Shown in pieces: positions 14,098 to 22,440 of a stretch of DNA of 33,406 bases. Below the pieces are notes generated by a model that had not been told where the DNA came from, did not search any database, and saw only the letters and a program-made list of their open reading frames with translations. Source of the DNA: Clostridia bacterium (GTDB lineage Bacteria; Bacillota; Clostridia; Christensenellales; UBA1242). Every line of letters starts with the position of its first letter. Within the stretch, counting starts at the first letter, position 1. The position numbers were made by a program, and so were the translations under genes. The DNA lies in assembly GCA_028702545.1 (NCBI GenBank), contig JAQVOQ010000002.1:1-33406 (forward strand). Direction: 5' to 3'.

Positions 14098-14943
14098 TTA
14101 ATTATTGCCGCCAGCATTTTGACCATAAGGTGGGCCAGCAATATTATTTATAATCCTATTGATTATTTCTGTTACTGCAACGCTTGAGGCCTCTGCATTT
14201 AGCAGTTTATATAATTCCATCATGTTCATACTAGCTAAATATTCTTCATGTCCTAAAAGCGTTGGAAACCTGTTTATTATTTTTTTGATGTAACAATATT
14301 TTGCGGGAGTAACATTTATATTTTGCTCAAAATGTTGTTTTAAGGCATTAAATTCTTCTATTGCCTCTTCATCATACTCTTCTACAATAATATTTCCATT
14401 AAGTCCATTGCTATTTAAATATGTGTTTACCATTGCTTGCAAATTATTTTTATAAGCATTTTCAACATTTTTATTTTTATTTTTTACAGAAAGCATTATT
14501 GCATTTTCAAAAGAATTTTGTAAGTAGCCATCATTTTGTGCTTTTGTAAGCACTGCATTTAAGGCAAGGTTATAGTTTAATCCAGGCAAAGTTAAGCCGG
14601 CTAAGAAAGTTGCTCCGTCGTCATTTATACCAGTTGCTCCAACTACAATCGCATCTGAGTTTAATGTTAATTCAATGCTTGGATTAATATCAAGTGTAAG
14701 CGTAGTATAAGCAGATTCAAGATTTGGCATAAGTGCGTTAAACATAACAAAAGCTATTAATACGAATGCCATAACAGCGGGTACAAGCCTAAAAACTAGT
14801 GAGCGTTTTGACGCCTTAGCTTTTGCTAGTTGATTACTCATTACAACAATGTCGGACTTTTGTCTAACTTTATCTATTACATCGGGTATGGGTAGTGAGT
14901 TTAATTCAATATTTAATTGTTTTATTAATTGTTTTTTATTCAT
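14098..14943 (-). CDS. membrane anti-sigma factor with an RsgI-type juxtamembrane (DINPS) domain
   Basis: 281 aa. The start overlaps the sigma stop by 8 nt. It has a short cytoplasmic N-terminus and one TM (LVPAVMAFVLIAFVMF). The ectodomain begins TLTLDINPSIELTLNSD...INDDGATFL (DINPS at 14677-14691), like B. subtilis RsgI ..IDINPSVEM..LNDEG. Confidence 0.75.
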   Translation of the reverse strand: MNKKQLIKQLNIELNSLPIPDVIDKVRQKSDIVVMSNQLAKAKASKRSLVFRLVPAVMAFVLIAFVMFNALMPNLESAYTTLTLDINPSIELTLNSDAIVVGATGINDDGATFLAGLTLPGLNYNLALNAVLTKAQNDGYLQNSFENAIMLSVKNKNKNVENAYKNNLQAMVNTYLNSNGLNGNIIVEEYDEEAIEEFNALKQHFEQNINVTPAKYCYIKKIINRFPTLLGHEEYLASMNMMELYKLLNAEASSVAVTEIINRIINNIAGPPYGQNAGGNN

Positions 14944-15463
14944 TACCCTTAACCTCCTTTTGTAATTTTTTAATGGCTTTACTGTAAATCCATAATACAG
15001 TTCCTAAGGGTTTGTCTAATTGAGTAGCAATTTCTCTATGTTTATATCCTAAAGTATATAGGGTCACCACCTGTCTTTCTTCAAAGTCTAATATTGTAAG
15101 CAATTTTTTTAAGAGCATATTATTTATCATACTGTCTTCATTACTTGAACTAAATAGATACTCATTTTCAACTTCATCTGTAATAATTTCTCTCTTTCTT
15201 CTATTATATGTATTTATTGCTATATTGCGAGAAAGGCTCATTATCCAAGCTTGTGCATTTGTATTTGCTCTATATTGGCCAATAGTTTTCCTTATTTTAA
15301 TATATGCGTCTTGCATTAATTCTTCCGCTATACCATAGTCTTTTATTATTGAAAATATAACAAAGAAAACCTGCTTTTTTGTTTGATTATAAACTGTTTC
15401 AAAAGCTTGTTCGTCACCTGTTTGCATTTTTTGCATATTTTGTTCTAATAGTTGCTTATCCAA
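14936..15463 (-). CDS. ECF-type sigma-70 family RNA polymerase sigma factor
   Basis: 175 aa. Region 2 (AFETVYNQTKKQVFFVIFSIIKDYGIAEELMQDAYIKI) and the region 4 HTH (LGYKHREIATQLDKPLGTVLWIYSKAIKKL) are recognisable. TTG start with an AAGGA RBS. Confidence 0.9.
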   Translation of the reverse strand: MDKQLLEQNMQKMQTGDEQAFETVYNQTKKQVFFVIFSIIKDYGIAEELMQDAYIKIRKTIGQYRANTNAQAWIMSLSRNIAINTYNRRKREIITDEVENEYLFSSSNEDSMINNMLLKKLLTILDFEERQVVTLYTLGYKHREIATQLDKPLGTVLWIYSKAIKKLQKEVKGNE

Positions 15464-15496
15464 TTGTTTTATCCTTTGTTACTTTACTTTAATGAT

Positions 15497-15525
15497 ATTC
15501 TATCAAAACATTAAATTCTTAACAA
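15497..15525 (-). promoter_or_regulatory. candidate sigma-A promoter of the sigma/anti-sigma operon
   Basis: On the minus strand, TTGTTA (15520-15525) is followed by a 17-nt spacer and TGaTAGAAT (TAGAAT at 15497-15502). Confidence 0.5.
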
Positions 15526-15596
15526 ACAAATAACATACAAAACTTTTGTTACACTAATAATAACAATCAAAATGAAGTGTTTATTGGTAAAACTAT

Positions 15597-15625
15597 TAAA
15601 AAGCCACATAAAATGCAGCTTTTTA
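15597..15625 (-). terminator. intrinsic terminator after the 414-aa coiled-coil gene
   Basis: The minus-strand RNA forms AGCUGCAU-UUU-AUGUGGCU followed by UUUU. The G.U pairs make it specific to the minus strand. Confidence 0.6.
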
Positions 15626-15655
15626 AAGGATAAAACAAAATGTTAATTTGTATTG

Positions 15656-16900
15656 TTATGGTCTATTAGTTTGCCAAGTAGCTTGGATAGAATCTAAAAT
15701 GCTATCTATTTGCTCTTCGGTTAAATTGTTTTGAAAGTTTTTCCACTGAGCCTTTACTTGTTCTGATCTTTCAACTTTATTTGCTTGCCAATCTTCATAT
15801 TTATCTAATGCTGCACCTTTTTTTGTTTGTGCTTGAAGTTGCAAAGTATTTAAATATAGTTGTCTTGCACCAAGTGTTGATTGTAACTCGCTTAGTGTAA
15901 TATTAAGTGTAGCAATTTGATTTGTTAGTAAAACAACTTCTGCTTGCAAGTCACTAGCCGTTAATTCAGCCGTAGCAATTTGAGTAGTTATGCTTACTAT
16001 TTCAGTTTCTAAATCAGTAACAGCTAATTGATTTGCAGCAAGTTGAGTGTCATAAATTGCTAAATCTTCAACCGTATATTCTGTCGTATCAATAGCTTCA
16101 AAATTTACAAGTTCAGCTTGTGCTAATATTAAACTTGCATTAGCCGCATCTAATGTAGCATTAAGTGTAATAACTTCGTCTTGTGCTAGTATTAAATTTG
16201 CGTTAGCCGAATTTAATGTAAGATTAAGCGCATCAATTTGAGTTTGAGTCGCAATAATTTGTGAATCTAAATATTCAATATAACTTTCAACTTCTCTAGC
16301 ACCTCTTAACATATCCATCATATCTTTTACTGATAAGTTAAGGGCTTGTTCTGTTGTTACATCAGGATAAACGGCTTGAATACTCCTAATTAATTTTAGG
16401 TTTCCAGCGCCTACTCCTAAAGTTTCTGCCTCTGCGATAATGTCAGCCATATCAAGGTCTGTCATTATCACTCCATAAATACCATTGTTTTTGAAAAAGT
16501 TTTCTAAATGAGTTTTAACCCTATCTCTAAGCCTAGCTTGTAGTCTTATATTTTGAGATTCTAGTACGGTTGTAATTGTAATCGCATTAGGATCATCCGC
16601 TAAAGCTTCTGGGTCTAAGTAGCCATATTCTATGGCAAGTTCTACAATTCTCTCAGTAGCTTCTTCAATGCTTAAACCGATTAAATTATCAACCTCTCCT
16701 AGTAAAATTGTTTCGCCATCATCATTTGCTGCTGTTACGCTAACAACCTCGTTCGCGCCGTCAGTTACAAATTGTACACTTGGGTTAATGTCTACGCTAA
16801 CGTATGCCATAACTGAACCTATATTAGAGTTAAATACATAACCATAAAGTAAGCCTGTAATTAAAACCATAGGCAATATAATTGCTAATATTTTTTTCAT
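15656..16900 (-). CDS. membrane-anchored protein: RsgI-type DINPS domain fused to a long coiled coil, with no anti-sigma domain
   Basis: The ATG at 16900 is 8 nt after GGAGG (16909-16913). MKKILAIILPMVLITGLLYGYVF forms the TM, followed by VSVDINPSVQF...ANDDGETIL (DINPS at 16778-16792) and about 200 aa of A/L/Q/T-rich heptad repeats. Confidence 0.8.
   Translation of the reverse strand: MKKILAIILPMVLITGLLYGYVFNSNIGSVMAYVSVDINPSVQFVTDGANEVVSVTAANDDGETILLGEVDNLIGLSIEEATERIVELAIEYGYLDPEALADDPNAITITTVLESQNIRLQARLRDRVKTHLENFFKNNGIYGVIMTDLDMADIIAEAETLGVGAGNLKLIRSIQAVYPDVTTEQALNLSVKDMMDMLRGAREVESYIEYLDSQIIATQTQIDALNLTLNSANANLILAQDEVITLNATLDAANASLILAQAELVNFEAIDTTEYTVEDLAIYDTQLAANQLAVTDLETEIVSITTQIATAELTASDLQAEVVLLTNQIATLNITLSELQSTLGARQLYLNTLQLQAQTKKGAALDKYEDWQANKVERSEQVKAQWKNFQNNLTEEQIDSILDSIQATWQTNRP
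16105..16230 (-). repeat. imperfect 63-bp (21-codon) tandem duplication inside the coiled-coil gene
   Basis: Protein units LNLTLNSANANLILAQDEVIT and LNATLDAANASLILAQAELVN. A 48-nt core differs at 7 positions by eye. Confidence 0.6.
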
Positions 16901-16984
16901 AATAATTTCCTCCATATTTTTATTTTTTTAGTCTACGAACAATAAAACCATCTCAACATAGTTTTTATTGGCAATATTAAAAAA

Positions 16985-17013
16985 ATAATAAAAAACCCGA
17001 TAAATGATCAGGC
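16985..17013 (-). terminator. intrinsic terminator after the 280-aa coiled-coil gene
   Basis: The minus-strand RNA forms CCUGAU-CAUUU-AUCGGG followed by UUUUUUAUUAUUUUU. Confidence 0.6.
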
Positions 17014-17031
17014 TTTTTATTTTAGAAGTAT

Positions 17032-17874
17032 TTAATTTTGAAGAAATTGTATTCCATATTTAATTCTATATTGATTACTTAAAGTTTCACTAATTCTTAT
17101 TGTGGCTTTAACTTTATTCATTTTTTGTGTCATTGCTCGGTACTCTTTACTTACTTGTAACATTGATTCATTAAGTTCAACTAGTGATGTTTCTAAGGCA
17201 TCAATCTCAGCATAGTAAGCAGTTAATTCTTCTTCTGTATAAGTAGTAGTATCTGTTTCATAAAGAGTTGCAAGTTGAGTCTCTATTTGAGTGATTTGTT
17301 CATCAAACTTTATCATGTGCATTTCATTTTTATAAAGTTCGCCTTGCTGTAAACCTGCTGCCTTTTCATAAAAAGAAAAAGTTTTTTCTGCAAAAATTTC
17401 CTCAGCTGTATTGTTATATTGGAGTTGTTTTCTGGTTTGAAATTGTTCTCTTGCCATAATGCCCTCGGTTAGTTGCATGCGTAGTTGAGTCATTACTTTT
17501 AATGCTTCAAAATCAGCAATTTGAGTTTCTAATTCAGCAATTTGAGCGTTGTAAGCGACTAGTTCCTCTTCAGTATAGTTTGTAATGTCTCTTGCTAACA
17601 ACTCGTCCAAACTTGCTTGAAGGATTAAAAGTTCAGCATAAGTTTGAGTTTGTTGATTTAAGTAATAATTCAATTTTTGCATAGCAGATAAATTTTTTAC
17701 CTCTTCCTCTTCTTCTAGTAACCCTTTTTTCTTTTTCTGTTTGTTAATACCATTTTGAGACTGACCGCTCATGTAAGCAGTGTTTGTCATAGTTTGTTCA
17801 GCAGCAATCATTGGTGTAGCAACTGCACCACCTGCAAAAACGACTGGCAATAACAATGATAACAATATTTTCAT
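17032..17874 (-). CDS. secreted or membrane-anchored coiled-coil protein (280 aa)
   Basis: The ATG at 17874 is 6 nt after GGAGGT (17881-17886). It has the signal/anchor MKILLSLLLPVVFAGGAVATPMIAA and two copies of the module TNYTEEELVAYNAQIAELETQI / TTYTEEELTAYYAEIDALETSL, which also occurs in gene 15656..16900. Confidence 0.75.
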   Translation of the reverse strand: MKILLSLLLPVVFAGGAVATPMIAAEQTMTNTAYMSGQSQNGINKQKKKKGLLEEEEEVKNLSAMQKLNYYLNQQTQTYAELLILQASLDELLARDITNYTEEELVAYNAQIAELETQIADFEALKVMTQLRMQLTEGIMAREQFQTRKQLQYNNTAEEIFAEKTFSFYEKAAGLQQGELYKNEMHMIKFDEQITQIETQLATLYETDTTTYTEEELTAYYAEIDALETSLVELNESMLQVSKEYRAMTQKMNKVKATIRISETLSNQYRIKYGIQFLQN

Positions 17875-18004
17875 TTTTTTACCTCCATATTTTTTCATAC
17901 TTTTCGTATGTACTAATCATTAAACAATTTAAAAGCTAATTTTATTGTTAAAATATTAAAAAAAATTTTATTTTTAAAAAGTAGCAAAGAACGCTCAATA
18001 TACT

Positions 18005-18033
18005 TTGAGTTTTTTACCTTTGTTAGGTATAAT
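18005..18033 (+). promoter_or_regulatory. sigma-A promoter of the GLUG-repeat gene
   Basis: TTGAGT (18005-18010) is followed by a 17-nt spacer and TATAAT (18028-18033). Confidence 0.6.
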
Positions 18034-18078
18034 AAAAGTATATATAATGTTTTTAAATTTTAAAGGTGAAGGTGCTTT

Positions 18079-19905
18079 ATGAACTCAAACACAAGAATAA
18101 GACAAATATTTTTATTTTCTTTAATAATTATGTTTTTTGTTGCAGGATTTTTTAATTTCTTAGTTAACAATAATTTGGTTGTTAGAGCATGGGACGGTGT
18201 GGTTAGTTCAACTCCCGTTGGAGCGGGTACGGAGGAAAGCCCTTATCTAATTTCAACAGCTGAAGAACTTTTTTGGTTAAGCACAGAAACTAACGAAGGT
18301 AATTTTTTAGGTGGCGAGTATTTTAAACTTACCGCTAATATTAACCTAGAAGATTATGAATGGCAACCAATTGGCGACTATGGTTCAGGAGACAGTACGA
18401 CGGCTTTTAGTGGCAACTTTGATGGCGACAACTTTACTGTTTATAATTTTAGCTTTAGAGATGATGAAAATATATTTCAGTATAGCGGTTTATTTGGTTA
18501 TGTTTATTCAGCGACTATAGAAAATTTAAAAGTTAAACAAATAGATTTGGACCTAGACTTAACTAATTATAATAATGATTTATATGCTGGAGCGCTAGCA
18601 GGATATGTAACTAGCTCTACGATATCCAATATTATAAGCGATGGAACGATAGATGTGTCAAATGGAACTCAAGCAGTTTATGCTGGTGGTATAGTTGGCT
18701 TATGTGAAAATTCAAGTTTAGAAATTTTACAAAATTTAGTAATAATAATTACAAATCAAGTTGCTGATGTTTATGCTGGAGGTTTAGTTGGCAAAACAAA
18801 TTATGCAACAATTGAAAAAAGTTATAACGATGATGCAATTATAATTAACTCAATAAATTCAGCCTTTGTCGGCGGACTAGTAGGTGAGGCCAGTCAAACA
18901 AATTTTCTAAAAGTTTATAACGATAAAAATATATCTGTTACAAGCGATATGATAAATGTTGGGGGACTAGTAGGTCTTTTGTCTAGCGATGCACTTAGTG
19001 AGGTTATTAACACGACTAAGTTTGTTTATAATAGAGGAACAATTATACTATCAGCTTTAGACGAACTAGAGGCCAATTTATTTATAGGTGGTTTAGTAGG
19101 ACAAACAACAGAAGATAACACAATTAGTTATGCCTATAATGCTGGACAAATAGGAGATGGAACGCTAGATGTAATAAATAAAGGCTCCCTTGTCGGCGCG
19201 TTAAACGCAATAGATGCAAGTGTTATGTATAGTTATTATGATAGAGAAAAAGCAGATTTTGGAGTAGATGGCATTGGTATAAATAGCGGAACTATTACAG
19301 ATGTTTACGATTTATCAACTACTAATATGCAATATTCTTACAGTTATGAAGGTGGCACAGAATGGAATTTTAATGATATTTGGAGAATGGCAACCAATCT
19401 TAATAGCAGATATCCAATACTAAGATATGTGGGCAACTACGCCGTGCAAGTTCAAACAGCGGGGTCTGGTACTGTTAGTTCAACAGGATTAAACTTTTAC
19501 AAAGTTGGTTACAGTCAAATATATACAATTGTGGCCAAAGAAGGTTGTCAAATTAAACAAATAATTTATCAAAATGAAATACTAAGTGAATATGCGGGAA
19601 GAACGAACCTAAACTTTACGGTAGAAAGCGATGGGTCTTATTCGCCGTCTACAATTAACTTGGCTGTTGAATTTGAAACGATTCCTTTTTATAAAACTAG
19701 CAGATTTTACTTTTTATTAGGCGTTGGATTACTTATTCTACTCATGATTGTTGGAACAATAATAATTAATTACAGATACGCAATTAAAATGGATAAAATA
19801 ATGGAAGAAAAGAAAAAAGGAATAAATATAGATGCAGTAGTTGAAAAGAACACTAAAAAATCAGAAGAACCAAAAAAGAAAGAAGAACCAAAAAAGAAAG
19901 AATAA
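18079..19905 (+). CDS. GLUG-motif repeat surface protein with an N-terminal signal/TM and a C-terminal TM anchor
   Basis: 608 aa with repeated units YAGALAGY, YAGGIVGL, YAGGLVGK, FVGGLVGE, NVGGLVGL and FIGGLVGQ. The C-terminal TM is FYFLLGVGLLILLMIVGTIIINY, followed by a K/E-rich tail. Confidence 0.85.
   Translation: MNSNTRIRQIFLFSLIIMFFVAGFFNFLVNNNLVVRAWDGVVSSTPVGAGTEESPYLISTAEELFWLSTETNEGNFLGGEYFKLTANINLEDYEWQPIGDYGSGDSTTAFSGNFDGDNFTVYNFSFRDDENIFQYSGLFGYVYSATIENLKVKQIDLDLDLTNYNNDLYAGALAGYVTSSTISNIISDGTIDVSNGTQAVYAGGIVGLCENSSLEILQNLVIIITNQVADVYAGGLVGKTNYATIEKSYNDDAIIINSINSAFVGGLVGEASQTNFLKVYNDKNISVTSDMINVGGLVGLLSSDALSEVINTTKFVYNRGTIILSALDELEANLFIGGLVGQTTEDNTISYAYNAGQIGDGTLDVINKGSLVGALNAIDASVMYSYYDREKADFGVDGIGINSGTITDVYDLSTTNMQYSYSYEGGTEWNFNDIWRMATNLNSRYPILRYVGNYAVQVQTAGSGTVSSTGLNFYKVGYSQIYTIVAKEGCQIKQIIYQNEILSEYAGRTNLNFTVESDGSYSPSTINLAVEFETIPFYKTSRFYFLLGVGLLILLMIVGTIIINYRYAIKMDKIMEEKKKGINIDAVVEKNTKKSEEPKKKEEPKKKE
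19864..19899 (+). repeat. perfect 18-bp tandem duplication encoding (EEPKKK)x2
   Basis: GAAGAACCAAAAAAGAAA occurs at 19864-19881 and again at 19882-19899, just before the stop codon. Confidence 0.95.
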
Positions 19906-19921
19906 CTAAAAATTAAAAAAC

Positions 19922-19951
19922 AAAAAAACAGCCGTTATAGCTGTTTTTTTT
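19922..19951. terminator. bidirectional intrinsic terminator
   Basis: ACAGC (19928-19932) pairs with GCTGT (19940-19944), flanked by A7 and T8. It lies between the convergent GLUG gene and folD. Confidence 0.8.
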
Positions 19952-19971
19952 GTTTTAATTAATATTAATTA

Positions 19972-20802
19972 TTAAATTAATTTTTTTACTGCCTCAACTG
20001 TTTGAGTAAGCAGTGCAACGATAGTCATAGGTCCAACTCCACCGGGAACAGGAGTATAATAACTCGCTATATTTTCTACGCCCGTTAGGTCCACATCTCC
20101 AATATTGCCCCTATTATAGCCAGCATCTATTATAACGACGCCTTTTTTTAATTTTTTTGCTTTAATAAAATGAGCAATGCCCACGCAGGCAACCACAATG
20201 TCGGCTTGCTTTAATAATTCATCTAAGTTTCGAGTTTTGCTGTGAGCTATTGTGACTGTTGCATCGGCGTTAAGCAGTAAACTTGCAACAGGTTTTCCTA
20301 AAATTTGACTTCTGCCAATAACAAGCGCGTGTTTGCTTTGCACATTAATATTATAATGGTTAAGCAACATCATAATACCGAGCGGAGTTGCGGGCGCAAA
20401 AGCTTTTTGACCCATTGCAATTTTGCCATAACTCGCTGTATTTGTACCGTCCACATCTTTACTTATTAATATTTTGTTAAAGCAAACATCTTCGTCAATA
20501 TGCTTAGGAGTTGGATGTTGTAAAAGTATTCCGCATACATCTTTTTGTTTGTTTAACTCATCAATTTTTGCCATAAGTTCTTTTGTTGTAGTGTTTGCGG
20601 GCATTTTAACAAAAATTGAACCCATACCAATATCTTTACAGGCTTTAATTTTCATATTTACATAAACTTGGCTCGCTTCATCCTCACCAACCAAAATAGT
20701 TGCTAACTTTGGAACAAAAGCAATGTGACTTTTTAATTCTTCAATTTGATTTTTTAAATCAATTTTTATGTGACTTGCTAATTTTTTACCATCTAAAATC
20801 AT
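19972..20802 (-). CDS. folD: bifunctional methylenetetrahydrofolate dehydrogenase/cyclohydrolase
   Basis: MILDGKKLASHIK..., YVNMKIKAC, LLQHPTPKHID, PATPLGIM, VIGRSQILGKP and PVPGGVGPMT are present. The ATG at 20802 is preferred because the GTG at 20808 lies inside the AGAGGTG RBS. Confidence 0.95.
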   Translation of the reverse strand: MILDGKKLASHIKIDLKNQIEELKSHIAFVPKLATILVGEDEASQVYVNMKIKACKDIGMGSIFVKMPANTTTKELMAKIDELNKQKDVCGILLQHPTPKHIDEDVCFNKILISKDVDGTNTASYGKIAMGQKAFAPATPLGIMMLLNHYNINVQSKHALVIGRSQILGKPVASLLLNADATVTIAHSKTRNLDELLKQADIVVACVGIAHFIKAKKLKKGVVIIDAGYNRGNIGDVDLTGVENIASYYTPVPGGVGPMTIVALLTQTVEAVKKLI

Positions 20803-20886
20803 AAACACCTCTTAACATATAACACTATAATAACAAAATGTTGATTAAAAATCTATTAAAATATGAAGAATTATGTTAAAGGTACA

Positions 20887-20915
20887 TTGACTAATAATAT
20901 TAAAACTGTTAAAAT
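20887..20915 (+). promoter_or_regulatory. sigma-A promoter
   Basis: TTGACT (20887-20892) is followed by a 17-nt spacer and TAAAAT (20910-20915). The predicted start site falls after the ATG at 20918, which supports the 20957 start. Confidence 0.65.
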
Positions 20916-20956
20916 TTATGTATACATTAAACAATAAAAATTTAAGGAAGCACTTT

Positions 20957-21406
20957 ATGAAAGAAAACAAGGCCAAAAGTTTTAAAAACATTGCTTTTAT
21001 GTTTGCAATGCTAATTTTTGTAGCCGTTGTTGCAAGTGTTACCTATGTTATTGTTTATAATAAACTTAAGCCGACCATGTTACTTGCACCAACAAACCTC
21101 GAATTACTTGAAGGCAATGAACTATCTTGGGATGAGGTTGCACATGCCGATAGTTACAGCGTGCAAATACTAAACCGAACAATTAATCATACTGTTACAA
21201 TTTATGTTTACGATACGATGTATACTTTAAATGCGTTGCAAAAAATAGTTTACGATATTTCAGACGAGATTGAAACAAATAGCAATTATTCAATTGCGGT
21301 AAAAGCGAACTCTAACACGATAGAAAATTCTGGCTATTGCAACGCTTATGAATTGCAACAAGTCAACCCAGAAGAAGATATTAATCCGTATATTCCAGAA
21401 GAATAA
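20957..21406 (+). CDS. membrane-anchored hypothetical protein (149 aa)
   Basis: AAGGAAG RBS. The N-terminal TM is IAFMFAMLIFVAVVASVTYVIVY. The ectodomain reads LAPTNLELLEGNELSWDEVAHADSYSVQIL, which looks FN3-like but is unverified. Confidence 0.7.
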   Translation: MKENKAKSFKNIAFMFAMLIFVAVVASVTYVIVYNKLKPTMLLAPTNLELLEGNELSWDEVAHADSYSVQILNRTINHTVTIYVYDTMYTLNALQKIVYDISDEIETNSNYSIAVKANSNTIENSGYCNAYELQQVNPEEDINPYIPEE

Positions 21407-21432
21407 AAAAACTGTAATTATTACAGTTTTTT
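21405..21432. terminator. bidirectional intrinsic terminator
   Basis: ACTGTAA (21411-21417) pairs with TTACAGT (21421-21427), flanked by A and T runs. Confidence 0.8.
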
Positions 21433-21928
21433 ATTTGAATTTCTCTGCTATTACCATTTCGCTAAGTGAAGGTATTTTATGGAAACTAGGTGCAGTAAAG
21501 TCATAATAACCTAAGGCGACAAGCCCCATTAAATACAGGTCATTTGGCGCTTTTAACAAGGCACTTATCTCTTTTGAATAAGGTTCGCCGTAAGTCGCTT
21601 GCCAGCAAACTCCAACATTATAATAGTTGGCGGCAATAAGCATCGCTTCTATTGCTGCAGAAGTATATTCTATTTTAAATTTATTATCTTTACTAAAAAA
21701 AGCAATTAGTATGTTTGCATCACTAATACAATCTATATTACACAGCTCACTTATGTTTTTTTTAAGGGGTTTGTTTTTTATTACAACAAATTTCCAGTCC
21801 TGAGCGTAATTTCTAGTAGGGGTGACGCGGGCACAATTTAATATTTCTGCAATTATGTCGCTCGGTATGTCTTTATTATTAAAAGTTGTCACGCTCTTTC
21901 TGTTTTTTATTAAATAAAGTGCATCCAT
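21431..21928 (-). CDS. nitroreductase family protein
   Basis: ORF trimmed to the ATG at 21928, which follows a GGAGG RBS. LIKNRKSVTTF matches the RRSxRxF-type motif, and the length (165 aa) is typical. Confidence 0.85.
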   Translation of the reverse strand: MDALYLIKNRKSVTTFNNKDIPSDIIAEILNCARVTPTRNYAQDWKFVVIKNKPLKKNISELCNIDCISDANILIAFFSKDNKFKIEYTSAAIEAMLIAANYYNVGVCWQATYGEPYSKEISALLKAPNDLYLMGLVALGYYDFTAPSFHKIPSLSEMVIAEKFK

Positions 21929-22224
21929 AATAACCTCCTTTAAAAAATAAACATCTTTTACATCATATAAGTAAAAAATGTTAGCAAAGTCATAATGCAA
22001 AAACATATCCTTTGTTTTATTATTTTATATACTTACATTATATAGTATATTATCTAATTTTAAAAATAATTTTATATACTTTTGTCAATTTAAAAAAGAG
22101 TTTGTATATAACTTTTATGTTTAATTTAAAAAACCTATTATTTGTTTATCTATTTGACAAACAGCCTCGCTATGTGCTATTTTTATTAAATAGTATTAAT
22201 ATAAAAACTGTGAATATGTTTTAG

Positions 22225-22440
22225 TAGCGTATTAACTAACTTGATAAGAGAGTGTGCCCTTAGGCTGAGAGGCATTAAGCTATGGTTAATAAAGTGAATT
22301 TCGGCATAGGAGTTGGCGTGCGGTAAAAGCATGCTCGTAATTAAGATGCGTTAAATCTTGCTAATGAGGTGGGCGGTTTTACTCACGAATTAGGGTGGTA
22401 CCACGAAGTTTATTCGTCCCTTACATGGGGCGATTTTTTA
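22225..22440 (+). promoter_or_regulatory. T-box leader (tRNA-Phe responsive) upstream of pheS-pheT
   Basis: Stem I contains AGAGAG and GCUGAGAGGC elements. The specifier loop is GUGAAUUUCGG, with the UUC Phe codon at 22300-22302. The T-box sequence AATTAGGGTGGTACCACG is at 22388-22405, and a terminator hairpin follows. Confidence 0.9.
22414..22439 (+). terminator. T-box leader terminator
   Basis: TCGTCCC (22414-22420) pairs with GGGGCGA (22427-22433), followed by T6. Its 5' arm competes with the T-box antiterminator. Confidence 0.85.

Noticed and set aside
16632-16841. 69-aa plus-strand ORF
   Set aside because: It is antisense to the DINPS/coiled-coil gene and has no RBS.
16934-16958. Possible shared ECF-type promoter (TGTTnA ... 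CG(T/A)A) upstream of both coiled-coil genes (also 17903..17926)
   Set aside because: The spacers differ (14 versus 13 nt), the motif is short, and the sigma operon's own upstream region lacks it. This is not distinguishable from chance without a computed motif search.
20474-20665. 63-aa plus-strand ORF
   Set aside because: It is antisense to folD.
22012-22224. 70-aa plus-strand ORF upstream of the T-box
   Set aside because: It lies in an AT-rich promoter region, has no RBS and gives an I/Y/L/F low-complexity translation.
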